DNA of 64,000 nucleotides. Source: the human T2T-CHM13v2.0 reference genome, Homo sapiens. Positions 13,546-24,935 of this stretch are shown here, in pieces; position 1 is the stretch's first letter; every line of letters begins with the position of its first letter. The position numbers were made by a program, and so were the translations under genes. The stretch lies in assembly GCF_009914755.1 (NCBI RefSeq), contig NC_060942.1; one strand, written 5' to 3'. Below the pieces are notes generated by a model. That model saw only the letters and a program-made list of their open reading frames with translations. It ran no database searches and was not told where the DNA came from.

Positions 13546-13550
<5 letters not shown>

Positions 13551-13592
<42 letters not shown>
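13551..13592. repeat. (CA)21 microsatellite at the AluJ tail position
   Basis: Uninterrupted 42-bp CA run. Confidence 0.97.
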
Positions 13593-13595
<3 letters not shown>

Positions 13596-13886
13596 TTTTA
13601 CAGACAGGTTCTTGGTCTGTGGCCCAACCTGGAGTACAGTGGCACAGTCCTAGCTCAATGCAGTTTTGAACTCCTAGGCATAAGTGATTCTCCCACCTCA
13701 GCCTCTCACAAGTAGCTAGAACTACAAGTGCATGCCACCACACTCAGGTAATTGCTTTATTTTTTGTAGAAACAAGGTCTTGCTCTGCTGATCTTAGGCT
13801 AGCCTCAAACTTCTTGTCTTAAGTGATCCTCCTGCCTGGGCCTCCAAAAGCACTGGGACTACAGTTGTGAGCCATCATGCTCAGCC
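13593..13886 (-). mobile_element. AluJ
   Basis: Diverged dimeric Alu with J-type features ('tagctcaatgcagttttgaactcctagg', 'ctcccacctcagcctc'). Confidence 0.9.
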
Positions 13887-14455
13887 ACCAGCCATATTTT
13901 TTCAATAGCCACAACTGGAAATAATTCAAATGCCCATTAGCAAGTGAATAAGTAAACAATTTGTGCTGTGCACCTTCCATAGAATACTACTCACTAACAA
14001 AAAGTAATCAACTATTTATAGACACAATAACAAGAATGGATCTCAAAATAATTATATGGAGCAAAAGAAAGTAGACAAACATACATATTTGATGAATTCA
14101 TTTATATAAAATTCCAGAAGTTACAAAATGTATCAGTAGTTGCCTGTGTAACTGGATAGGAGTGGGAGTAGTAAGTGGTAGGAGGGAGGATTAAGAAACA
14201 GGCAAGGGGAAACTTTTCGATGTTTGGATATGTTCATTATCTTGATTGTAGTGATGGTGTCATGGGTGTATGCACATGTCAAAACTCATTGGATTGTGCG
14301 TTCTAAATATGTGCAGCTTATTTTAAGTCAGTAAAATAAATATAAATATCTTAAGACTGTAAAAATAAAGATACACATAGCTAAATCTCAGTTTGTTCCC
14401 TTCATATTGTATAAGTTGGCATTCATCTCCTTTACCAGTATCTTATTTATGATTG

Positions 14456-14682
14456 CACATTGATTATCCCTCACCAGAAATGTTTAAGATTTTAAACTTT
14501 TAAAAAAATTTTATAATATTTGTATTATATACACTTACTGGTTGATTATCCCAAATCAGAACATTCAAAATCCAAAATGCTTCAGTGAGCATTCCTTTTG
14601 AACATCATGTCCGCACTCAAAAAGTTTTGAATTTTGGAGCATTTTGGATTCCATATTTTTGGACTTATGATGCTTAACCTGT
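14456..14682. mobile_element. Tigger4a/MER46A-like TcMar-Tigger element
   Basis: 'ggttgattatcccaaatcagaacattcaaaatccaaaatgcttcagtgagcattccttttgaacatcatgtccgcactcaaaaagttttgaattttggagcattttggatt...gatgcttaacctgta'. Confidence 0.8.
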
Positions 14683-14853
14683 ACCAACTACTAGTTACTG
14701 AAGGTGGAATTTGAAAGCATCTTTGACACCCTTTCTCATAAACTTCATCGAAATAGTCACTAAATCCTGCCAAGTCTACCTTTCAAAATCAACCTAGAAA
14801 CTCTCCCACACTCTTTATTCCTACTCCGGATAGTTGGGTGGAAACCTTTTAGG

Positions 14854-15215
14854 CCAGAAGTTAACAAATTTTAGCTTCCAGGACAAATGGACCTGCCAAC
14901 TGTTTTTATACAACCCATGAGCTAAAACCATTATTTACATTTTAAATGATAGAAAAATACTGAAAGAATAATATTTCATAAAACATGGAAATGATTTCAT
15001 ATTTTAATTTCAGTGATCATAAATCCAGTTTTACTAAAATTTAGTTATATATACATAAATGTATGTATTTTGTATTATATATGTATGTGTAAATGACTGT
15101 ATACTGTCATTCCTGTATACAGTTGTATATGGTTGGGGCTACAAAAGTAAGATTGAGTAAAGGCAGACAAAATATTATCTGGCCCTTTACAGAAAAAAAA
15201 AAAGTTTGCTGATCT
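14854..15215. mobile_element. MER58B-like hAT-Charlie element
   Basis: 'cccatgagctaaaaccattatttacattttaaatg...aaagaataatatttcat' and terminus 'tatctggccctttacagaaaaa...gtttgctga'. Confidence 0.75.
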
Positions 15216-15229
15216 TTATCTGAGGGCAT

Positions 15230-15800
15230 CTGTACTCTTGGTTATTGCCGTGGTCTCCTAATGGTACCCTTGTCCTAGTCTCTTAACTTTAACCTCTTCA
15301 TGGCTTCCAAAGCAACATTGTAAAAATATGCACTTTTAAAAATCACTCCTATTCTGTTAAATCCCAACAGAATAAAGTTTAGTTTTCTTATCATAGTATA
15401 CAAGGCCCTTCACACCTGATCTCAATTTGCCTTTTTTATTTTACTATTTGCATTCCTTTCATACTAAAATTTTTAGAGTTCCCCAAATACACCTTGCTTT
15501 AGCATAACTGCTTGCCTTTGTGATTCCATTTCATTTGCCATCTGACAAACGCTCATGTTGAAAACTAATACTTGAAGTCATATGCATCAAAGCTATGGTG
15601 TCACTTAGCTCCATTCCAACTAGTCATAAGTTTTTCCTCATTTTTGTACTGTAACATTTTATACATACATTAGTGTAGACATTATTGCGTTGGATTAAAG
15701 TGTTTATATGTTAGAGTCTTCTTAAAGAAGCAGCTGTGTTTTATATAACATTTATCACCCAAATATTGCCAACACATGCTTAGTAAATGCTTTATGGAAT
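15230..15800 (+). mobile_element. L2 fragments
   Basis: 'agaataaagtttagttttcttatcatagtatacaaggcccttcacacctg' and 3' end 'acatgcttagtaaatgctttatggaataaa'. Highly diverged. Confidence 0.55.
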
Positions 15801-16401
15801 AAACAAAAAGAGACAAGAAGAAAAGTGGAAAAGAATGTAGGGGGAGAAAGGAAAAGAAAAAAATGTCTTAAAGGCAAAAAGTAAAAAAGAAAAATATAAA
15901 GGGAATAAAAAGAAGAGAACATATGAAGGAAAAAAGAGGAAACAAAAGTACTGAAAGAAGGATAAAAAGGAATAAAGAAAAGGAAGAATGAAAAAAGAAA
16001 TGTTAGGATGAAAGAAAAACAAGAGAGGAAATGAAAAAGAAGGAAGGAAGAGCAGGAAAGTGGGAGGGAGGGATGGAGGCAGGGAGCTATGAAAGAAGTA
16101 AACAGGAAAAATCAGACAGGAAAGAAGAGAAGGAAGGAAGAAAAGAAATAGGGAAAAAAAGAAGAGAAGGAGAGAAAAGGGGAAAGGAAAGGCAGAAAGG
16201 AAGGAAGGAGTGAAGAAAAATAAGGAAGAGATAAAAAATAAAAGGAAGACAAAAAGCAATAAAGGAAGAAAGATAAAAGAAGGAAGTAATTGAAGAGAGG
16301 AATACAGAAAGAAAGACATGAAAAGTAAAAATTAAAAAGGAAAAAAAAATGGAAGGAAGGAAAGAAGGAAGGAAAGGTGGAAGCTAGGGAAGGAGAAAGA
16401 A
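15797..16401. repeat. ~600-bp GA-rich (polypurine/polypyrimidine) low-complexity tract
   Basis: The + strand is almost all A/G (GAAA/GGAA units). It accounts for the F/L/S-rich 175-aa and 111-aa frames. Confidence 0.95.
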
Positions 16402-17140
16402 ATAGGCCAAGCAAATTTAGAGCAACAATAATGACATTCAACTTCATGGAAAATGTTCATAAATAAAAATGTCCTGAAAGCATCCAAGAGGGAACCCCTA
16501 GCCTACCTATAGGATTATATCAGAAAAGACCTGGAGACCTTCTTTCACAAGTATGGGTGGAAATTGGAAGTCAAATTTTAGGATATATTAACCATGGCTT
16601 AACTCATTGTAGCAGTTTCTGTGCTCCAAAGACAATTTTTATCAGCACATATCATGAAGAACATCACTGATCCTTCACCAGAATCTTTATCCCATATGCC
16701 TTAACGTTAAAGATTCCATATAGAAATTACCATCTGTCACTTTTTCTAGAGTTCTCTACAGACAGCAAAGCAGATATAAGTCCCATTCACCATATACAGA
16801 CAGGGGATCTTAAGAGAAATGGGAGAGTAGCTTCCTGAACCAAACTCAAATTGTAAGCATGTGCTGCAAGGGAAGGACATTTCAGCAAGCTCTTATTATG
16901 CCAGGCTCTGCTCTGCAGACCCTTGGGTTGACCAATATTTCAGCAGAGAGGGAGTTTCTAGTAAGATTAAGCCATAATTACGGTAAGGGAGGGTCACACT
17001 GCTTTAACAGGCAAAGACTTAATTCTTTCTCCTCTGTTCTTCCATATCAAAAGGAAAACTTGGTCCTCTGAGTTAGGGCACTCCTTGGGTTTGTGACACT
17101 TTTTGTTATTGCTTTGATTAGATGGGTTTGGGTGAATATG

Positions 17141-17635
17141 TCAGTTAGGAATAAGTCAATGATATGAGTGAGTAATGAAGACTCTAAGAGTAAGTTATAA
17201 AAATATATATGTTTATTTGTTTCTCACACCAAATTCAGGAAATATGCAGTCCATGGCTTGTATGTTGACTCTGTTCCACATTGTCCTCAGGAATTTAAGC
17301 TCATCTAGTTTGTTGTTTGACATCCCTAGGTGTGGCCTCTTGGTCCAAGATGGTAGTTTGAACTCCTGAAATCATACCTTCATTTTATTTAGCATGATGG
17401 AGGCAGAAGAGAGGGAATAGGGAGCAATGGGCATGTTCAGTCATCTCCTCAGTGAAGTTTCAGAAACTGTACAAGGCATGTCTACTTATATCCCCTTAGT
17501 ACATGGTTACATATAGACGGAAAGGAGTGGGTGCAAAATATGCTTTCATGATGGTGGCCACGATCTGAACACAAAAATGGGGGCTCTCTAACTATAAAAG
17601 TGGGGAACAAAGTTTGGACAATTAGCAGTTGGTAG
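17141..17635 (-). mobile_element. Old ERVL/MaLR solo LTR (MLT1I/J- or LTR33-like)
   Basis: Starts 'tcagttaggaataag'. Contains 'gcagtccatggcttgtatg', 'tggtccaagatggtag' and 'gtggccacgatctgaacacaaaaatggggctct...ttggacaattagcagt', typical of reverse MLT1-type LTRs. Confidence 0.6.
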
Positions 17636-17746
17636 AACTAATGGGTGGGAGTCTTCTTGGATGGTATGCCTGAATGGTGTGTTAGTCTCAAATTTGTTAG
17701 CCTAATCTTAGAGGTATGACAAATGGAATGAAATAGAAAAGATCCA

Positions 17747-17845
17747 CCTTGCACTCCAGCATGGGTAACAGAGTGCGACCCTGTCTAAAAAGGAAAGAAA
17801 GAAGGAAGGGAGGGAAGGAGGGAGGGACGGAGGGAGGGAGAAGGG
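17747..17845 (+). mobile_element. Extremely 5'-truncated Alu (last ~40 nt) with a GGAA/GGGA-converted tail
   Basis: 'tgcactccagcatgggtaacagagtgcgaccctgtct' followed by the tail. Flanked by 'aaagatcca' at 17738-17746 and 17846-17854. Confidence 0.85.
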
Positions 17846-18216
17846 AAAGATCCAAAACTTAGTTTTAAATTTTAAACCTTGCATTCCAAATTAGGCTTCT
17901 TCCTAAAATACAAGTACTTGGGATGGTATTTTGGTTCTCTTTCTTCTACTGACTTTCACATATTTAGCTGCTGCCTCAGGAAATCAACAGAAGAAATTGT
18001 GATTGATGTAATAGGATATAGGCACTTCTTGGACCCAAGCAATAGCATCATCAGAACAACTATAACATCTATTTGCCAGTTCCTAGTATATGTTGCACAG
18101 AGGCCCAATTAATTGCTAAATCATGTCCTGGCTTTCAAATTATCATTTAGAATTATGAGATTTCTCTATATTCAACATCAGTCAATTGATAACTTATAAA
18201 AGAATGATATATGCTG

Positions 18217-18760
18217 CCAAAGTCAGCACATCAACAGATGGATGGATTTTTAAATGTGGCATAAACATATGATGGAATATTATTCAAGTTTAAAAAAGGA
18301 AATCCTGTCTTTTGCAACAACATGGATGAACCTGGAGGACATTATTCTAAGTGAAATAACCTGGGTGCAGAAAGACAAATGTTGGATGATTTTGCTTATA
18401 AAAAGAATCTAAAATAGTCAAACTCACAGAAGCAGAGAGTAAAATGATGGTTGCCAGGGGCTAAGTGGTGGAGGGAAATGGGGAGATGTTCATCACAGGG
18501 TACATAGTTTCAGTTATGGAAGATGAATAAGTTCTGCAGTTGTAGTATATAGCATAGGGACAATATTTTAAAATACTATATTGTATACTTGAAATTTGCT
18601 AAGAGGGAAGTTCTGCCCCATCCACCCACACACATACACATGGTAATTATGTGTGATGATAGATATGTTAATTAGATTGTGGTGATCACTTCACAATGTA
18701 TAAACAGAACTAAACACCAAATTGTAAACCTTAAATATATACCATTCTATCAATGTAAAG
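18217..18760 (+). mobile_element. L1MA9/L1MB-like 3' end
   Basis: 'gcaacaacatggatgaacctggaggacattattctaagtgaaataa', 'agaagcagagagtaaaatgatggttgccagggg' and 'tattgtatacttgaaatttgctaagaggg'. Confidence 0.9.
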
Positions 18761-21700
18761 CAAATTATAAAAGAGCAATCTATTTACAACACATATTCAT
18801 CTTGTATTTTTTACATTTTATTTTGAAAAAAAAGAATGCCTGGTCTCATCGAAAAAGAAATATACATGTTTCTTGTACACACAAATAGAATAAATGGGTT
18901 AAAAGATGTCTTTGCCAAAGGAGGAGGCATCTTTAATTTGCATAAACAAGCATAGCTATATTCTGAGACATCTGGAAGGAAACAGCCTGAGAGTCACTTT
19001 GCCAGAAGTCTGGCATGGAGTTTGGATATGTTGAATACGCATTGACATCTCACAACTGACTCCATGCTTGACATAGGTCATATTCCGATAAATTTCCAGT
19101 ATAGTCTGGCACAGATGGGGAATCGTGAAAACTCAGAAAATCATCACAGGCATCACAGTGCCTAAGCTAATATATTATGATGTTGGCAGAAGAGTTTATG
19201 AATTATTTTACAGTTTACTCCCATCTAGTTAAATTTAAGTATAAGTCACAGATTGTATTCCTCCTCCCCCTAGTTCTTATCAAGGTTGTTTGTTTGGGAA
19301 AACTATCAATATTTTGTTGATAGCTTTTACCATCAGATGAAACCTTAGACACTACCAGGCCCCAATTATTTATTTTATAGATGTTCTTTGCTTTGTATGT
19401 TGTAAATGGAATTAACTTGCATGTTTGTCCCTTCCTAATCCCAAAATAGCCAGTTTCTAAAGGGAACAGCTAGGTCAGAGCTTTAAATATCAGGATGTTC
19501 CACAATGTTTACCACACAGAAGTTTTAAAAAATGACCTAAATAAGGTTCAGGCATATGCCTAGGAAGGTTGCAGAGAGGGTGCGTGGCAGAATTCAGCTT
19601 ATATTGGTTTTAACTACTTTGCTTCCACTTCTCCCTATCCTTGGGTTAAAGAAGTTCCTCGTCCTTTCACAGTTTCTACTACTCAATTTTGAAGGGCCCT
19701 TAATCCCTCAGCTTATCTTTCAAAATATTGTGTCCAGGATTGAACACTGTACCCTGAGCACAGTTGGATCTTAAAAAGAATGGCTTTATACTGGTCTTCC
19801 TTCTAAGAAAATATAAAACCTCCCCTTTCTGTCCCCTGACCCAGAATCATAAGGTGCCCAAGTGATCTTGACTCATCTCCAGCAAAACAACACTCTGCAA
19901 AACTCATTTCTGCTTGAGAGGGACCTCTAGTGTCGGATGTGATTCCCAGGGTCCTGAGGGACTGGGGTTAGAAGACTTGAACATTATTTTTAACCTACAA
20001 GGGCTTGGGGATGTCCCCAAGATTGCATTTCCCAGGGAAATATGTTTTCTAGCTGGTCGGTTTTACATGTTTTATGGATTTATTTCAGCAACATAAGAGG
20101 GACTTGTCAACTTTGATAGAAAATTTAACAACACAAGACAAAGCCTTCCAGATTCATCCCCATGTTCAGTCTAGCCCAGAAGTTGTTTATAAAGTGATGC
20201 AATCAGCTTTTGTGACTTTGTCCTCCCAGATATCAATGTGAACTGATTAAAGACAGAACCTTCAAAGATACATCTTCCATTATCAACCCAAAGAGTGGCC
20301 AACGTGACTAAATTTGTGTAAATCTTTCTAGAAATTAAATGTACTTTCCTTTGCCTCTCCCTCCCAAAAGTAGGAGTTTAGTGGCCACTGAATTTTTAAC
20401 ATAGATCTTCCCCTGATTTAACAAAAACGACTTCTTTCACATTTCAACAGGTTCCTCAGGGACTTAATATGTGAGATTTGTTGAGCAAGCTGGTGCTTAA
20501 GCTTCTGTTCCTTTCCTGATAGTTTAGATTTTAATTTTAGATTCTGCTCTTTTCCCACTTTTTGCTTTCTACCTTTTCTCTATGTTATTTCCTCTCTGTC
20601 TCTATTTCATTCTACCCAAAGGGCGCTTCACATATTATAGGAGCAAACACACCAGAGTTTTAATCCAATGTGCATAAACCTGCCCATTTACAGACTAAAG
20701 CAGCTCTGTGGGCCTCAGTGGTGTCAAAACATACAGCCTTCTCCAGGCCACCAGAGGCAGAGGACTTGTTCCACTGCTTGCCAACTCAGGACCATCGAGG
20801 GTTCTCCAACCTCTCTAAGCCCCCAGTTAAATGAGATTAGAGTTGGACTCACTTCATGGCTTGACGACATCCTTGCATATGACCCAATGTAATCAGTGAT
20901 ATTAAAAAGAATATTATGTGGAACCCTGACAAAGACAATTTGAAAAATGAATATCTTTGACAATGCTCTCTATTGTTCTTTCTCTTATTTGCAACCTCTG
21001 AGAACAGTTGTGCATGAGTCAGATGGATCTATCTTGCTTTTTAATAAATGTACACTGAAGTCTTCCCCCTCTTATACTTTTTTCTGCTTCCACTCCTCAT
21101 GCATGCTTAAATGACTCTCCTAGGAAATGTTGCTTATAATTCTCAGTATCATCACCCTGGGGTGCAGGGTATATATTTCAGAGCTTTCACAGAGATGTAT
21201 TTTAAAAGATTCTATCTCTCTGCACCTAACAGGAGTACTTCTGATATTCCCCATGCCACCGCCACCCCAAGAGTCCATTAGCCTCAGCTTAGAATTACTG
21301 CCAGTTAAAAAACAAAAACTGCCTACTAACATATTAAGGATGTATTAAGAAATCTGTGTCTTTTGATCTTTTTTTCCTTCAAGAATTTATAGTCTTTCTG
21401 TACATTGCAGTGATGAAATAAAAAGTGATTTTAAGTTTTGTAATTTGTAATCCCTCATTTTAAAACTCTATGAATTTGGGGCTGTATTATACATGAATCC
21501 TTTCTACTAAGGCAGCAGTTTAGCAAGACCTTCAGGAAACCAAGAAATAAAAATTTTCCTCATTTCCAGGTAAGCAATGCTAAACAAGCATTCGTGTTTG
21601 ATTTGATCATAATTAGAGACACATTTCTGAGAAATATCTATTTCTCAGAATAGATACATGCTCAGAATAATATATGCTATTGTTGTGGTCTTTGTCAGTT

Positions 21701-21966
21701 AAATTTCAGACCTCATTGCTAGAAAGAAAGGATTTCCATACTGGAAGGAGCTTTTGAGTTACCTTAATTTCACAAGTAATGAGCCAGCGACCCCTAAGAC
21801 TTCCCCCAAGTTTATGTAACAGTGTGACCAGAACTTCTGTGTCCAGACCCCTGGCCCTTCCGTCCTGCACCACTACTTTCCTGCCCTAAACAGAGTGTCG
21901 CTTTCATTGTGACACCAGCTAATTCTCTTTTTCTAGGCTACCTTCATTTTGTAAAGGAAGGTAGAG

Positions 21967-21985
21967 CAAGCAAGCAAGCAAGCAA
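21967..21985. repeat. Short (GCAA)n tetranucleotide repeat
   Basis: 'gcaagcaagcaagcaagcaa' is visible. Confidence 0.85.
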
Positions 21986-23239
21986 AGAGTTATCTCAATA
22001 TTTCAGAAGCTCATAAGAAGTTTGGGGTCAAGCATGGTTATAAAAATGGATTAACATTTGGGCGCTTTCTTATGCAAACCTTTCCTGTTTTGCAGCCCTT
22101 GCCTGCTGACAGTGGCAGAAAAGATGGGTTTTGCTTTGTGGTGGTGTTGTTCCAGCCCAGTAAAAGGTCTTACGCCTTGAGAGTGCACAGACTAGATCTG
22201 TGCTTGGCATTTTTCACTGCTAGCAAAACAGCAAATCATGCTTGGGAGATGTCACTTGAAAGAGAAAAGGCACAATGGGTTTCATTTTTCCATCATAATT
22301 TCCTTTGAAATGAAAAATGAATTTTCACAGGCAAAGACTCTCAGTTTGTTTGGCGTAGTGGTGAGGCAGCTTCCTGTAGAGTCACACAACGCGTAGAACT
22401 TGGCACTTACTGTATATTTGGTCATTTCTCTTTAAGCACCTTTGCTTCTCAATCATCTCTCCCCAACCCTAACCTACCCACTTCTACTCTGAATAGGTAC
22501 AGGACAGGGTGAGGGGCTGAAAGGGAGTGGGCAGATAGTATAGGAATGCAGTTTCCAGAGAGTGGGGCAGAAAGACAGGAAGATCCAAGTACAGAGGCAG
22601 TGACTGAGGAGGTCACACACACCTAAGGTCAGAACAGGCAGATGGGGAGTCAGCAAGCAGCAGCAGCCATCCCAGCCCCTTGTGGAGATGAGGCTGACAG
22701 GGCCTCTGACTTTCTTATCTTAGACCAGAGAACAGTCAGGGTTGGACTGACTGGTGCAAACAAGTGCAGCCTGTGTATGGGACAAAAGTAAATGACGCAG
22801 AGTTGACTCAAATGCTCACACTGATGTGACTTTTCACCTAGAATAAAGGTGCTTTTTTCCTCGGACTGCTTTCATACATTTAAATGTCACTATATGCATA
22901 AGAAAATGGCTTTGCTGAAGAAAGGGCTTTAAAACATTTTCTTTAACACATTGTATGAAGTGTGTTGTATTACCCAATTCAATGGACAATTATTTATAAT
23001 CACAATGTAGGCACAATTGGATAGGAACAAATGGAAACTTTATTAAAATATGCATGTCTAAGCAATTCTTATATAAAAGAAAAATACCATTTATTTTGGA
23101 TTACCTCAAAAGTATAATAGCTGGGTAATTAGAGGGACTTGGTAGAAAATGATAATAGAATAATAAGTGAGGCATATTCAAAGAAAATTGAAATAAATAA
23201 TGTGTAGTTTATAGAGCCTTTGGTCCACAGAGTATAATT

Positions 23240-23358
23240 GATATTATTTGGGAACTTGTTTGAATCTTTGGCCCCACCCCAGACTTACCGAGTAGAAATC
23301 TGCATTTTAACAAGATCCCACATAGTTCATACGCCCATTAAAACTTGATAAGCCCTTG
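23240..23358. mobile_element. MER5-family hAT-Charlie fragment
   Basis: 'ggccccaccccagacttaccgagtagaaatctgcattttaacaagatccc...attaaaacttgataagccct'. Confidence 0.75.
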
Positions 23359-24074
23359 TTTAAATGACCAAAGGAATCAAAGAATGCTGAAATGTTGAAG
23401 TTCCTTTTTCTTTTTCAATAAAAGAATTTTATCATGACTCAATTCTACATGAATAAGGTGCATGTAGTCAGAGAGCTTCGCAGAGATCCATTCTGGATAC
23501 AGTGTAGAAGATAGGGAGTCCTGCTGAGAGTTGAAGTGGGGCAGACTTGTGGGAGGTCTAGAAGGCTGTTCATATTATCATAATAAACAATGGCAGTATC
23601 TATCGTAGACAGGTGGCCTAAGCAAATCACAGGCTAAGATGGAGAGACCCAAGCCTGTAGTAAGGGCAATTATTGAAGGGGTGATAATGCAGGAGATCAT
23701 AGAATTGATGTGAAGTGTAGGGTGGGTGAAGCCAGTCAAACTCACTATCCGCATCTCTGAAACCCTGATATATGGTGGAGTCCTCACCAGGAAAGAAGTA
23801 GCTCTGGAATTGAGACAAATAGATCAGAAATAAACAGTCAATTTCCTGTTCTCAACTATGAAAGCCATGCTGCATGTTTATGGGCAAAGACTAAACAATG
23901 TTTGTGATTTGGGTTATCAAATATTATTGTCCAGCTTTAAGATTTAAAATTGAGTTTGAATTCTATGCTACAAAGTCTGTGGTAGAAAATTAGTTTGGAG
24001 GCAAAATTACTTATTCAAGAACTAAAATTTTGAGCTACAGTATGTTACATTAAATGTTTACACAGTAAAGCTTG

Positions 24075-24935
24075 AGTATATCTTAGGGTTTATGCTCCAA
24101 AATCCCAGAATGATAGGGTTGTGGGAAGCAGAAGAGTAGAAGAGAGTTAAGACTTCTTCTTGGGATGGAGTAAAGTCAGTGAGGCCAAGAGTGAACTAGG
24201 AGGGGAGAGTAAGAGCTTACTGGACCACAGGGTCAATGAGCACTCATAGCAATGAACTCTCTCCTTCTTTCTGAGACTGTCTTGGAGAGTCTGGAAGAGT
24301 CTTATATTAAAAGTGAGAAGGCTAAGACAGACTGGAGAAGCAGCAGGCAGATCTGGAGGGAGAGAGAGAGAGGAAAGGAGAGGAGAGGAGAGGGGCTCTG
24401 GTTTCCAAAGCTGAGTTCCCTTTGGCATCATAGAGCATGAGGAATACCTGGGAAGTCTCTGTGAGTCATCATGAGAGCTAGAGGGAGCAAAGAACTAAGT
24501 GTCTGGTATGGTGTGTGATGGGGTAACTTCTTAGAAGAGGCTGAGGGAGGAAGCCAGGCTTCAGAATATGAGCAACAAGGGACAAGTTATGTGGGTAAGT
24601 CAACTGCCCAAGCTTGACCTACAAGTGATTATCAGGTATTACCAAAGATGAAAGACTATTTATGTGCATGGGAGTCAGCTGCAGTAACCAACCAGCAGAG
24701 CAGTGATCAAAGGTGGATGCCTCACTTTTAAAACATCTCACCTACTCCCTGGCAATTTAGATTATCTCCTGGCAGAAAGAAAATGTAGAAGTAAAGTTAA
24801 CTTGAGCCAGCAAATAAAAATTTCCACCATCTGCATGGATAAGGCTCCAGAGCAAAGCTAATTTCAGTTTTAAAGAAATAAAGATTAAGTTTTATGAAAC
24901 TGACTTTTGCTACTGTACATATTACACTGGCTACA
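24075..24935 (+). mobile_element. Possible ancient LTR (MamGyp/LTR78-like), tentative
   Basis: ~860-bp purine-rich block ending 'aaataaagattaag...attacactggctaca' (polyA signal then a CA terminus). The family is inferred from general resemblance only. Confidence 0.3.

Larger units (their letters stand above)
13315..14368 (+). mobile_element. Old L1 (L1ME/L1MD-like) 3' region, interrupted by an AluJ
   Basis: 'attttcatacactgctggtagggatgttaaatggtat', 'caactggaaataattcaaatgcccattagcaagtgaat', and 3'UTR 'ggatatgttcattatcttgattgtagtgatggtgtcatgggtgtatgcacatgtcaaaactcat'. Confidence 0.8.

Noticed and set aside
15792-16447. Longest ORFs (175 aa and 111 aa on minus, F/L/S-rich, membrane-protein-like)
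   Set aside because: Artefact of translating a TC-rich low-complexity strand that lacks stop codons.
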